From: Amphiscolops sp. MND2022 | Lineage: Eukaryota | Length of the DNA: 64,000 bases | Direction: 5' to 3' | NCBI GenBank assembly: GCA_964187785.1 | Contig: OZ076409.1 | Span: 30,506,001-30,570,000 of the forward strand | Part shown: positions 21,884 to 35,312 of the stretch, in pieces | Position numbering within the stretch: the first letter of the stretch is position 1 | Layout: each line of letters opens with the position of its first letter | Notes under the pieces: generated by a model | Told to the model about the DNA's origin: nothing | What the model saw: only the letters and a program-made list of their open reading frames with translations | Databases searched by the model: none | Made by a program: the position numbers and the translations under genes

Positions 21884-24800
21884 TGGTTTCCCACACCTGA
21901 AACGTGTGATAATCCTGAACAATTGACACCAATACCGCGTAAAATTCATGAACAACTTCACCATTTCCATCAACTCGAACAAAAAAACCCTAAACAAAAT
22001 GAAGCGGATCGGAACGAATTTCTATCTAAATTCGATTGGAAGAACATTCGGTTTTGACATCAGATGAAATCAGCGAGCTCGAAAACCTTCTCATCGAGTT
22101 TGAAGATAATTTTGCCAAACACAGATTCGACGTTGGTTATAACACTGAAAAGAAAAATAAATTGACGCCCGAACACTCGAATGCAGTTTATATGCAAAAT
22201 CCGCCAACGCCAATACACCTCCGAGACGAAATGATGGTTGAATTGGCTTTTTTGCAATACTACGGCATTTTAACAACACTAACAAATTCGAAGTACAGTA
22301 GCCCAATTTTCGCTCAGCGAAAGCCGTCGGGAAAATTGCGAAGTTTGCATGACCTCAGAAGAAAAAATCATTTGCTGCGACATGATTATGCCAACCACAA
22401 TTTTCCTATTTCCAATATGACGGACGCTGTTAACCATTTTGCGGGAAAGAAATTGTACATAAAATTACATTGTTCGCAAGCGTACCACTGCGTTCAAATG
22501 GCAGACCCACTCTCGGTACAGTTGCTTGCATTCAATTTCGCATCCAGGACATAGGCATACAAACTTTTGGCACAAGGTTCGAGTAAATCCGTTACGGGAT
22601 TTAGTGCTTTTGTACAAAAACACTTGGATCAATGTCTTACGGCTAACCTCTGCACCCAATTCATGGACGATATTGGGAGTGGAAAATTTTCGCTGGTATC
22701 CGAAGTTTCGGACTCAAGGTTTCACCAGAAAAATGTCAATTTGGAATGTGGCAAATTTCTTTCTTAGGCAATACGATCACATCTGAGGGAATTACGCCCG
22801 AAACGAAGAAAATAGAAAAGTTTCTAGACAAAAACAAAATACCACAGACGGTGAAACAAGTCGAAAGACTCTTCGGCTTCACACTATTTTTTTCGACATT
22901 TCATACCAAAGTTGAACGAAAAGCTGCTACCCGTTTACAAATTGTTGCAAAAGGATGTCGATTTCAGAGTTCAAGACGATCATATCGAGAATTTTAAGCA
23001 AATCAAAACTGATCTTTCAAAAGCAACGACAACAACATTGCGTTTGGCAAAACCAAATCAACAGTAGGTTATTCTTTGCGATGCTAGCTACCATTGTAGT
23101 GGTTTTGAACACATGATAGAAGACTACATTGACATGACGGCAGAATCAAAAACAAAAACGTACGCACCAGTTTCTTTCGGATCAAAAGCCTTTAATGAAT
23201 CACAATTGGAAATGTCTGTTTATTGCAGGAATTTCTTGCCTTGTAATTAGCTCTCGATGCTTTCTCGCATTTCATTTGGGGCTGTGAGAAACCAGGATTG
23301 GTGCTCACTGACAACAAAAACCTGACATCTTTCTTCGAAACGAAAGAAATACGTCCTTCTCTATGGAACTTCTTAGATCGAGTCTTGGCATACAACATTA
23401 CCTTGGCGCACGTCCCAGGTCGTGCAAATGCAGCCGCAGACTTTCTTTCACGCATGGAAACAGAACCAGGAGCAACGCTACAGCTCGGACCAACGGATTC
23501 ATTACCAGTCCGAGAAATAAAAGTTTCGATGACAGCCAAAACACCAGATATCTCAATAAACGAGCTTCAATTCAACAACACAACCTTAGAGAAAAACTCA
23601 ACCCATGCGGATTATGAGAAAATTTTGAACAAAATTCCAGGAATAAACGAAAAATTCCCTGAGCTTACGAATTATATTCGTGAAAAAGAAAGCATGTGCG
23701 ACTGGGAATACACAAGCTTAACAAGAGCAGAAAACAACGCACTCCACGAACCTGATCCTCTAAATGACTTTGAGATCTCTGCACATGCCACAACCTTAAA
23801 CCTGAAAGCAGAACAATCGAAAGACCCTACACTGCGCAAAGTTCGTGAATGGCTAGAAGAAAATTTGGACATCGACATAACCTACGAAACCCAAGAAATC
23901 AAGAAGTATGCAAAACACCGCAGTCGCCTGGTACTCGAAAATGGTATCATCTACAGAAAATTTTTCAACGACGTTGGAGTTGTCTCGCATTTACAATACT
24001 GTGTTCCAAAGCATCTTCGATCCTAAATTTTAAACAGACTACACAATTCCCCAACTAGTGGTCATCTGGGCATCAATAAAACAGTATACGAAATTCGAAA
24101 ACGTTTCTTTTTTCCAAGCTTCACGGAATATTTGCTCAACTATGTGAAAACTGCTCAACTTGTTTGCAAACGAAAAATATTCAGCAGAAAAGGTTGCAAC
24201 CACCTCTAGATTCGTTAGCATGTAATCAAAACTTCCCCGGAGATATGATGCAGATTGATCTCGTTGGTCAATTCAATGCACCGGTATACAAATACGCACT
24301 AACAGGAATCGACGTCTTTTCGAAATACCTGTTCGCGGTGCCGCTGTCTAGCATCAGCGCAGAGAATGTAGCAAAAGCGCTAGTTTCCATATTTCTGAAA
24401 CACAGTTACACACCTAAAACTATTCTAGCAGATTTAGGTACAGGTTTCACATCCAAGCTTTTGCACGAGTTGACAAACATGCTGGAAATTAAATTAAATC
24501 TTGCATCTTTAAAACACGCACAAACTGTTGGTGTAGTTGAGAGAGCACATAGTGCATTCAAACGGATTTTGAAGACTAACTCAACCAGTGCATGGTCTAA
24601 CTGGCATAAGTTTGTGGATATTGCAACGTTTGTACACAACACATCTTACCATGTCCCAATCGGTACCACGCCAAGTTCAATATTTCATGGCCGAGAACCC
24701 TTGAAACCCATTGACTTGAGATTCAGTAAACATGTAACCTCGTCTCAACCATCGAGCGACTTTGTGAATGACTTGCAAGACATTCTTGTTCAGCAGTTTT

Positions 24801-25658
24801 GCGAAACAAAATCTCGAACTCATATCATCGTTACCGGAACTACTATGATCGAAAAGCAGAAGCTCAACCGTTGAAAAAGCACGAATACTGCTTGCTTTTG
24901 AACCCGTTGCTCACTGATCAGTCTAGCACTATGTCCAAGACAGTGCAGCATGGCTGCATCTCTACCGAGTTGAGCAGGTTCTCACGAAATTGAATTATAC
25001 CATTCGAAAGGTAGGAACGCCGTTCACTCAATGCGTTCAAAGACTCCGTATCAGGCCAATAAAACCACAATATACCGCTGAAGATTTGCCGAGACTTGAT
25101 CCTTCCGAATTCAAACCTGATCCATCCTTAAGTCAATTTCGGAGTGAACCAGGTCTATTCGACAATGAATTGCAACAGCTGTTGAATGAACATCACACAA
25201 ACGTTGAAACACTCGAATTGCAGGACAGTGAACCACAAAATGAAGTGACAACCACCCTATTATTTCCAATAGTACAACCAGCATTGGCGCTCACTAGAAG
25301 AGAACCAAACGCTCCAAGAGAAAACACAACAGACTTTAATTTGGAACGTCTCTTTGAGCAACCTGATGTGCAAACAGAAACACAGCGACCTAGACGTTCT
25401 ACACTACTACAGGCGCGAATTCATCCTCGCGTTCCGTCACCAACGGCTACACCGACATCACACAAGGTGTCTTGGTTCTCTGATGATGACGAAATGGCGC
25501 GAACTTTAGGTGATCAAGCTAGAGCTGCTCGAAGAGCACTTTTGTCTTCACAATTGGAAGCTAATAGAAAAACTTTAGAAGCGGTAGAATCAATGCAACA
25601 GAACACAGATCCTCAACCGGTAACGAGATCCAAATCACAAAAAAACCACAAGAACTAA
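21884..25658 (+). pseudogene. pol: Element C pol (RT, RNase H, integrase)
   Basis: WFPTPE; SPIFAQRKPSGKLR; CSQAYHCVQMAD; QFMDDIG; CDASY; LTDNKNL; NAAADFLSR; MQIDLVG..GIDVFSKYLF..LADLGTGF..VERAH. Stops and frameshifts throughout. Confidence 0.92.
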
Positions 25659-27400
25659 CAGTACCTTTCAACGTGAGGCAAATAAATCCAATTATTTTCT
25701 TAGATCAAACAACTATGATCGACAATCAAAAAACGCAAACGATTAAAACGCTATCGAGCAAACGCGGGAAAGGCATTGCAGCTACAGTAAAAAACTTTTG
25801 CATACTGAAAAACTGAAAATGAGAAAACAACCTTTTTCGGTAAAGACAAGTGTTTGACAACAAACTGCCCTTGAACATACGCCTCTTGAACAACACAAAC
25901 GTTTCTGGATCTACAAAACCTCGAGCGCACGATTCAAGCCTCCAACACAAATAGCACGAGAATCCATAAATTTGTGGGAAAGAAACATTTTCACAATGAA
26001 CAATTTCCTTGTGGTTGCAAAAACTGCGCTCGAGAAATCTTGGAGACCCTTATGTTCAAGTCATTGCTGGCTTCCTTTCTGCCACCGAGCGCCTTTCGAA
26101 TGAGAACTAACTTTTTTCCTTCGTGGGTTCCCTTCACGCTGTTTTTCACCAAATACCATCACAAAAACAACTAGACTATATAATGCGGAATCATTCTTGC
26201 CAAAACCTGGAAGCTGATTGCAGAAGCTTGAAGGCGAGAATACTACAGCACCGCATACTTTATAATTGCTAGCAAAACTTACTTTTTGAAACCTCCATTG
26301 AACATCATGGGAAGTAACTTTTGGATGGAATTCATTAGTAATTCCGTCCAGGACGTTTCTCAACCCATCAAATGTTAAGAGCCTAACAAATATTGTCACT
26401 TGACTAAGCACCCCAATTACAGGGACAAAATCACAATCAAAAATTCAAAAAAATATACACTTATTAATTTTGAACGGAAAAAAGACGAGCATGTTATGAA
26501 AAACAAGACAATGTTTTCAAAAAAGACGGACAATCACAAATACATCCTCGCCAAAACGTCAGATGGTTTCTCAGTAGGCCATATTGCGTCGCCAAAACCG
26601 TATTGTAAAATTTCTTCCAAAGAACTAACGTTTTTCGATGTAAAAGTTTTTGCCTCAATGAGAAATAATTGACCAACCGATAAAATACCAAATCATGATA
26701 ATTTTAACCAATACGTCAATTCTACCCTCGACACATCCACGTGATCAGATCAAAGTACTTATCACTGGACTGTCTGTTGCCATCGAGCGATTTCGTTACA
26801 AGAGCTAACTTTTTTCGGGTCGAACGCTACACGTCCAATACCAATCAAACATTTAGTCAACAACTCTTCCAAACTGTTAAAACAAAACACCTCCCCCCTG
26901 GCAAGAGCCCTGACAGTTCGGTATACTGACACCGAGGATTTCAGCAACCAACGAGATGCAAAAAAAAAGAAACAAAACAAGAGTTTTTTTCAGTTGGCCA
27001 CACGAACAATGTTTACAAACAAAGAAAAGGGAAGCTGAATACATTGTAACAGAGAACTAACTTTTACCAAAAAAAACTGGAACTACATTGAAAAAAAAAT
27101 AGAAAAATCCGAGGAAGCCAAAAACAAGAGATCGTACACTTTTCTACGCGTTGGGTTCGGTTGATGGTGTAGAAGCTTTTGTCGATTGTAGAATTTTGAT
27201 ATTTTTCTTCAGAAACAGAGAAAAAACGAGTTGTGTTGATGATTTTCTTCTAGATTTAAATTACAGCAAATCGATATTCAACTGAAGTTATATTCAACTT
27301 CTCACAAACAAGTCTCTCGGTTGGTGTGTCAGTCTTTTTTCCTTCTTGCAATCTATAATTTTGGCACTTCCTGTTTCCTGTTTGTTCGAAGGAATTTTTG
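21884..27400 (+). mobile_element. Gypsy element C, 5'-truncated (pol remnant, 3' region, probable PPT and LTR start)
   Basis: pol motifs span 21884-25658. Purine tract AAAGAAAAGGGAAGC at 27021-27035 is followed by TG. Right boundary approximate. Confidence 0.75.
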
Positions 27401-27916
27401 ATCAATATTTATAAAATGCCGCACCAAATATGGTGAAACATGATTATTATGAGAGTTTGAATATTTGATGATTGGTAATAAATTGCCTATTTTGCTGGTC
27501 AAGTTCTATAATCTCTTGGGTGATGAACTTTCCTTGTTGGGTAAATTCCATCAACGATGGCCTTTTTCAGGTCAATGGTAACATGGATATGTTACACTGT
27601 CAATAAAGCAAAATTACAAAACTGGGTCGGTGAGGCGTCTGAATTTGCAAAAACGTGCTCCTAGAACAGGATTTAGTAGTAAATACAAGTTGTTGAAAGT
27701 GATATTAGCATGTTACAAAACTGTTCGCGAAACAGTGTTTTCAAAAATTGAATGACATTTGATCAAGCATGGTTTCCGCCTAGTTTTTCAGTCCAACATT
27801 ACGAGACACATTCCGGTAGCGAACTAGCAGGATCTGGCTCGTTCGATATTTGTTCAATCAGAGCGCGAATGTTTTCTGGACAATTTACACTTGTCAAACC
27901 TTTCGTGCATATACAA

Positions 27917-27993
27917 GTCGTTACACTAGTACGAATGTCATTGGTGAGACGTTACACTAGTACGAATGTCATTGCTAAGTCGTTACACTAGTG
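27917..27993. repeat. Tandem repeat, ~2.5 x ~31 bp (CGTTACACTAGTACGAATGTCATTG)
   Basis: GTTACACTAGT occurs three times at ~31-bp spacing. Confidence 0.8.
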
Positions 27994-27999
27994 AAATAT

Positions 28000-30900
28000 A
28001 TACCTTGAAATATATTTGAGCCTTAGGATCAATAGGACAGTACTTTTGAGCCAAAAGATGTTATAGCTGCTGGAACTACCTCAACCGGGTGTTTAGCTTT
28101 TTCAAACTTACCAATATCAGCTGTATGTTTCATTAAATAATCATCACATTCTGTTGAACGTTTGTTCAGCGTATTACGTGCAGACGAACCCCACGGGTTT
28201 TGTTCTTCGTCTAATTGCGCTTCCGGGCCTGGGATCGGGGGCCTGTAATTCCAGGTTGCTGCGTTTTTATCGCGTTCCGATAAACTGGCTTCCGAGGGTC
28301 GGTCGACGACAAAAACAGGAATTCAGATGAAGAGCTGTATTCAGAAGTGGTGTCCATATTAATTTGTTCATAAATTTTACAAATCTGAGGATTGCCTTTT
28401 TGAGTTAAAAGTATTGGTAACGGCTCGTTGCTCTTTGCGCGTTGCTAGTTAGGCTACCTAGGCTGAAACAAGAAGCCTGTTTCTTTCACAGTAGCAACGA
28501 TGTCTTCTAAAAATATGGAGTGTTTCAGAATCCTGTTAGGCGTCGCAAAGTTGATCAAACGTTTCGAAACAAGAATGGTTCGTCATTATCAGCAAAAACT
28601 TTGCACGTGAAATTGCGCGTTCGAAAGGTTGCAAAACTACATTTTGTGCTACATCTACTGACGCTTTTAACGTTTTGTTACTCACCTGCGCGTGCGCATG
28701 GTCTCGAAGTGGTTTGGAGGATGCCCTAACGACCACCTCCAATGCGGTTAGGTTAACTAGAACTTGATAGGCTTGTAGGAAGTTTCTACCCAATAGGAAG
28801 ACTTTGACACCCATTGCATCTCCGACTACTACGAAGTTGGTTTCCAGCTGATAATCACCCAATTGGAATTTGGTGTTTCCTGAGGTTTCTCTAGGTTTTC
28901 TACAGGCAGCGTATATATCTACACCATAAGGTTGAAGGAGCACACCAGTGTAAACGATCAGTCGTTGTAGGCTGAAAATGTCAGAATAGAAACGCCGGAG
29001 CCAGTGTTTGTCAGACTTCTCAAGAGAAAAGGTGCGGCGTTGGGGATAGTGACCGACAGCACGATCATCTATTCGAGCTTCGCCATTTGAATCATGTTCG
29101 TTGATGTTATAACAACGCAGTTCTTGAGATCCTAGGTATATGCCAGGAAAGAAGGCGTCCGTAATTATTGTAGTGTCAAATCACATGTCGACTCCGTCCA
29201 CAATCACGTAACTGGAACAGGGAAACTGACACGATGTGTTGAATGACACCTTTCACTTGCCATTCATCTGGTTGCGGTAACGTCAATTGTCGGCACTGAG
29301 GATTGCTGGAGATTTCGTCAATCAAGGATTCTATCGTTAGGTCTGGACAATTCCCCCTTTCTGCCACCAATAGCAGTCAACATCAAAGTTCCAAAACCGA
29401 AAGATCGATCATTGCCCTTGCGTTTTAGATCTTAGTCGCTTTGGCATGCACTCGTTCAAGAAAACGTTTTATCAGGAGTAACGTTTTTGGGTGCCCTTGC
29501 AAACATTTTGCCGTGCTCTTGTTTGGTCCCTAACAAATAGTGGTGCCAATTCTTTACACATCGCTTCGCAAACCGCTTCTGTTTATCTAAGTTGTTCTGG
29601 CGTTATTGCTTCTTTTCCGTTGATCAAAAGTGGCGCTAGGCTATTACCTCCCGTTGATTTGATAGATTTATCTGATGCGTCCAGTGTACTTGCTTCTTTT
29701 TGTCTCGTTTTGCTAGCACAGGGGTTGCCCCTGGGCAAGTTGTCATTCGCAGTTTAGAATTCCGCAGCAGTTTCTCGCAAGATGGTGTTTGCGGATTGCA
29801 ATGTGCTAGTCATTTCTGTCGTGGCGTCAGCATACGTGGGATTTCGTAGGTCTGAAATTCCCATGCTAGAGGTTTCGATTGTTTTTGGATCGACTCCTGT
29901 ATCTCTTTTACAAGATATTACTGATGGTGTATAAATCTTGGTGATGGAAGAAAAGTGTACATTTGAAGAGGAGCTTTGTTTTTACTTCACGGGAGATTGT
30001 GTCGATACTGACGGTACCATTGGTGTGTTTGATTTTTGCTTTGACTTGAGAGTTATAGTTTTGGAAGCTTTTGTTAACGAGACCATGGTATCTTTCAAAA
30101 AATCCTTGATAGTATTGTCCACTGGTTCGGAAGTGGGTTGCTCCGTCTGCAACATCGCACTCATCGTTTGGATCTGTGACTCTTTAGCATATTTGTATCT
30201 GCGTTTCCATATTAAGCTTTCGCTGCCTCAGAAAGTCAGTCAGTTTTACTATTCGATAACGCATGGCATCCATGTGTGCTGCTTGGGCCTCTTGACATTG
30301 CATGTGACGTTCAGTTGACATTCGCAGCAATTCGTTTTGGACAGTTTCTATCTCTTGAGTGACGGCCTAGGGGTCACGCTCACATTCGGTTTTCTTTTCT
30401 GATAAACGGGCGGTAGCCTGTCTTGCTTCTATTTGTGCTTCAAGCAGTGCCTTGCCAGCAATAGCGGCTTCATGTACTGCCCTGTATGCCTGTATGCTGA
30501 GGAGCGGCCCGATATCGCCTTGATGCAGGTGCAGTTTGACGTGACGCACAATGCGACCCAGTTGTGGCCGTTTGGGCCAGTAAGTCCGGAGCCCGCGCGT
30601 GCCTGCCCGTTCCAGTTGCTTTGGAAGCAGTGGCTTCCCGCAAGCGTGTTCAGGCGTAATTCATGCCTCCCACGTAGACCATCTGTTGCAGATCGTGTGC
30701 TGTGTCATAGCTTCACATGCTGGTTGCATCGGATTTTGTAATCTTTGAGCATCCTAATCCTAATTTTTCATCTCTGGGTTTGTTGGAATTAGGCTATGGA
30801 CTAAAATCATCTGCTTTCGAAGGAGTTTAGTTTCGAGACGCCAATTGGACGCGTGTGTTTGGGTATCTGATTCATCAGAGGATCCTCTATTAACTCCCGT

Positions 30901-31085
30901 TGTCTTGCCAAGTCCCTTCGTCTGGTACTAATTGGACATGTTGTCGTACATTGGGTCTGAAAAACTGGGAGCGACTATGAAATTCTCTTCCGTTCGTCAA
31001 TCTTCCTCTCGTGGATCAGAGGTCAACTCAGAAGCTATACTGACATTTATTTTGATCACCTCTGGTTTCACTTCCGGCGATACCA
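28000..31085 (-). mobile_element. LTR retrotransposon remnant D (gag-like region plus aspartic protease)
   Basis: NTGSGVSILT (decayed DTG) at ~28980-29008, then PYGVDIYAA..FVVVGDAMG..FLLGRNFL (ORF 28536-28943). TGGTATCGCC, a PBS-like sequence, lies at 31085 on the minus strand. Boundaries approximate. Confidence 0.55.
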
Positions 31086-32129
31086 CTGGTTGATTGGCTT
31101 GCAATGCACTGGCCTCTCCTAAAACATTACGCACAAGAAGTTTTTAGACATTTTTTTTTCAAATTCTCTTGAGCAATGCTTAATTACGTCGTATTTTGCA
31201 CGATAGCGTCAAAAACGTTTGACATTTTGCCACACAGGACCTCAGTTAGTGGAATATGCGATGAAAAAAAATGAGCTGGAAAGTTACTTTCAATTTTTAT
31301 GTCAGATCAGACGTACTGTACCCTTAGGTACTTTCGAGAAGTACCCTCAGGTACTTGCAGCTCGCGTTACCGCCAGATACTGTCACAGTAGGTACTAGTT
31401 ATGAGGGTAGGACAAATTTTGATCTAACATTTTGGTTGAATTTCCGATCGATGGTCAAAAAACGGACTAATTTTCGTACTGTTCAGTCGAAGTTTTGGAC
31501 AGTACGTTTATGTCAATTTTTCAGTGGTTATCGTAACTATCGAGTAAAAACTTGGCACTCACCGTCAAGAAGTACACACAGTGTCAACTCAAAGGTCTGG
31601 AAAAAATCGGGAGCTTCTTCAAATGGGATTTTCATCCAATACAGGAAATCATGAAATAGTAGCTCACGAGCTAACACGATAAAAGTATAAATTACAGCAC
31701 AAAGGACTCTGTATTGCAACAATTACCACCGTAAGCTTGCTTAAGCGAACTGACTCATTTAGGCAACTATTACCATAAGTAGCAGCAGTTTGCTAAAGCG
31801 CACGTTTGAACAAAGTCCGTATCGGCGTATTTAGCAGGTCTGCTGAATGAGTCTTCTCGTGTACGTTCTGCATTTTCCTATCAATTCGCTCTCTCTGTGT
31901 TCATGGGTAAGGGTCTCTGTGGCGCTATGATCTCCTGATCCTCTGCAATTTTTTCGACAGGTCTTTCTAAAGACACGGAAGCGATCAGCGGCAACTGATC
32001 GAAAATCGCAAATTCTAGTTCCTTGAACGAAATGTTCAGTCGTCAATAGGTGAACTTGATTTATCGTAGTCAGCTATTGTTCGAATTTCACAATTCTCTG
32101 TGAAAAGGAAGGAAGCAAAAGTCAGACAA

Positions 32130-33940
32130 AAGTCGAAAATTATTGCTCATTAAGCTTGTTGAACATTGGTAGCAAAATTTTTGAGAAGATTATTTTCAAG
32201 CGATTACTGGACATCTACACCCTCCGTATTTAGGAACAACAATATAGTTTCACTACTGGTAGATCACCAATCTTGAGATTGTTGATGACGATACGCGAGA
32301 TACATACCATTATTCAGAATGTTGAATGCGTTACACTATTCTTATTCGACTTTCAAAAGGTGTTTGATACGATCAGGCACGACATATTTATGAAAAAAAA
32401 AACAAGAACTTGACCTTTCTTCCAAATTTCACAAACTCCGTGAATAATCATATTTATGTAATCGCTATATGAAGATTCAAATTGATGATGCCTTATCTGA
32501 ATCAGGTAAAGTTGAGAAAGGAGTTCCCCAGGGTTCTTTTCTTCGTTCATTTTTTTGTGTTATTTATCTACGACTTGCCAAATGATATTGCATATTTCCC
32601 TTCATACATGTTTGCTGACGACGTTTTTCCATTGTTTACAGGATCCAACAATCCAGCTATTCGTTTAAAGTCTGATTTATGCCAACTTCAAACTTGGAGT
32701 GAGTGCAGTATATTACTTTCAATGCTAAAATTTGCCAATATTTTATTCTCAAAGGATCTTTAGGATCTTTAGGAACCAAAACTGTACAACAAAAAATTAA
32801 AGAAAACGGATGTATATATGGACTTGGGGCTCATTATAAATAGCAACTTGAAATGGAACAACCACCTGGAGACACGAATATCTAAAGACCATCACGTCTA
32901 TCAAATGGTAAGAATAAATCAGAGAGTTTGAATCGAAATCGTGTATTCGGTCAAAACGTCGAAGTTTTGCGTTGCTTTCGAATATCGATTCGAAGCTTCA
33001 AAAAGGTTGTTGAATATCGAATCCAATATCGAATAAACCTAGCAAATAATGTGATATGTTTCGAATATCGAATAAATTTCGAATAAAATTCACAAATTAC
33101 AATAATGAATAATGCGAGCAAAGTTTTCAGGTTGCACATGACCGGAAATAGTAATTGATTGCGGAACATATACTTGCTGACAGTGACACCAGTGCCCAAG
33201 ACTATGCGCTAACCGAGGCTCTTACTCTGAATGAGTTTTCACGGTCTGGACATGTTAAGAATGACAATATTGGCATACGTGAACATTTGCCAAACTTTAA
33301 GCCTGCTAGCGTTGACCCGGAACGACTATTTTTACTTGCTCGCATATCAAAAACTCACTTACAAGCCAGAATGCTGCCAGAAACTCTCGCTCGCAATGCA
33401 TGTCCTATCGCAAAACACGGCAATGTTTCCAAGGAACACAAATTATTACCAGCAAACTGATTCGATCCTGTCAATTAACTCATTGATACAATAACCGTTG
33501 TTTCCACTTTTTTACGCTTTTGATTAAAAGATACCAGTTGAAACATTCAATATCACTGTTGTTTTAAAAATTTTATCTAGTGTATTTGAGTGTTTTGTTT
33601 GTGGCCTATCGTTTGTCCGAGTAATTCAAGATTCTTGCTATCGAATAACGAATCGAAGCTTCGAGAGTTTCTCGAATATCGAATTTGAACCGAATACTGA
33701 TAATCCGACTTTTCGATGTTCAAATAGTCAAAATCTCGAAGTTTTGAACTCCCTGGAAGAAATTCTGCATTGAATACATCAACTAAGTCAAAGCTGCTAG
33801 TATACAAATCCATGATCATTCCATCCCTACTCTATGGTTCAGAATGTTGGTTTCCAAAGAAATCAGAACTGAAGAGTTTGAATTCGTTCATTTCTGAAGT
33901 GACCAGATGGATCATATCATGAGACGACTGCAAACAAGGG
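32130..33940 (+). pseudogene. Non-LTR (LINE, CR1/L2-like) reverse transcriptase remnant, split by a hAT MITE
   Basis: SLLNIGSKIFEKII, FDFQKVFDTIRH, GVPQG, FIYDLP, MFADD and DLGLIINSNLKWNNH. After the MITE it resumes with LLVYKSMIIPSLLYGSECW. Confidence 0.85.
32920..33755. mobile_element. hAT-type MITE (836 bp)
   Basis: Ends CAGAGAGTTTGAA / TTTGAACTCCCTG. 8-bp near-duplication GAATAAAT (32912-32919) / GAAGAAAT (33756-33763). TCGA-rich subterminal repeats. Confidence 0.8.
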
Positions 33941-34140
33941 NNNNNNNNNNNNNNNNNNNNNNNNNNNNNNNNNNNNNNNNNNNNNNNNNNNNNNNNNNNN
34001 NNNNNNNNNNNNNNNNNNNNNNNNNNNNNNNNNNNNNNNNNNNNNNNNNNNNNNNNNNNNNNNNNNNNNNNNNNNNNNNNNNNNNNNNNNNNNNNNNNNN
34101 NNNNNNNNNNNNNNNNNNNNNNNNNNNNNNNNNNNNNNNN
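33941..34140. other. Assembly gap (200 N)
   Basis: Run of N. Confidence 1.
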
Positions 34141-34294
34141 AAACTACTTGCAGAATTGGCCATCTGCGGAAAACCGTTCCAGAAACGTGTTTCTAAAAAT
34201 CAAACCGAAATTCTTCTAGTAAGTATATTTTAAAATTAGTACCTTCACAAGTGTTTTGTTTTTTTTTCAATTCGTAATCCCTAGGTTGTTTTTC

Positions 34295-35312
34295 TTAACT
34301 TCCCAAGGATCTCTCGTGATTCCCTTGTTTTTCTGTATTTCATAAACGACCACCCCGAGTCACTAAAATTTAGTGATCCCTACATATTTGCTGATGATCT
34401 AAAATAATTAGCTGTTGCAATGTCACAAGAGCAATTAAAATCAGACTTGAAGCTGTTTGGAACTGGGTTGACACCAATGGAATAAGCTTGGCTCAGGACA
34501 AATGCTACCAACTTGAGTTCAGAGGTATAAATTATCAATATAAAGTCGGTAACATGAGTTTTGAGGACACAGAAGAAGTCAAAGACCTAGTCATATTTGT
34601 AGAAAAAAGGTTTCAACTGGTCAGTACATGCTAGCAGAAGGTTGAAAAAAGCATATAATGTTTTGTTCTCCCTCAGGCGGAACACCGCGTACGAAATTAC
34701 ATCTAACACTAAGTTGAGCCTGTACAAATCACTGGTACTTCAGATTGTCACCTATGGACTTTTTCGTGCCAAACAATCAAAAGCCACCATGAACGCTCTA
34801 AAATGGCTCCAAAAGAAAGCCGTGAAATGGATACTGGGCAACAAACAGACTTTTGCTAACAGTTTTAGGCTACTGAATATTTTGCCGCTACCATTGTTTG
34901 TGCAGATGAACGATCTCCTACATTTTTCATCGCTTCCCAGAAGAAACCTGGCGAACATTTTGAACTTACATACCAAAATGATTTGCAGCACACTCAGACC
35001 CATGAACTATCAACTGAAAACCCCCGGACTGAGAGGAGCCGCAGCGAACTTATCGTGACAGGAATTGTCTTATCGTGAACAAGGTTAATAAGTGCTTTGA
35101 CATTGGCATTGGAACGGGTCTCAAAGACAGACTTCCCTGCAATATGTGGAACCACTACAATAACCAGTTCGACAAAGACAACTCTTTTACATGGTTGAGG
35201 GTGTGCGACTGTGGACAATGTAGAAACATGGGACGAAGATGTTACAAAAAAATTGGGAACCATCCCATCAGCAAAAGTTGAAAAACCACGTCATCAACAA
35301 CAACAACAGCAT
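34295..35312 (+). pseudogene. LINE 3' fragment (RT C-terminus, Cys motif, (CAA)n tail)
   Basis: PQGSLVIPLFFCIFIND, IFADDLKI, KLSLYKSLVLQIVTYG and LNILPL, then TWLRVCDCGQCR. CAACAACAACAACAG follows at ~35295. Confidence 0.85.

Noticed and set aside
33907..34233. ORFs spanning the N run
   Set aside because: Artefacts of the assembly gap.
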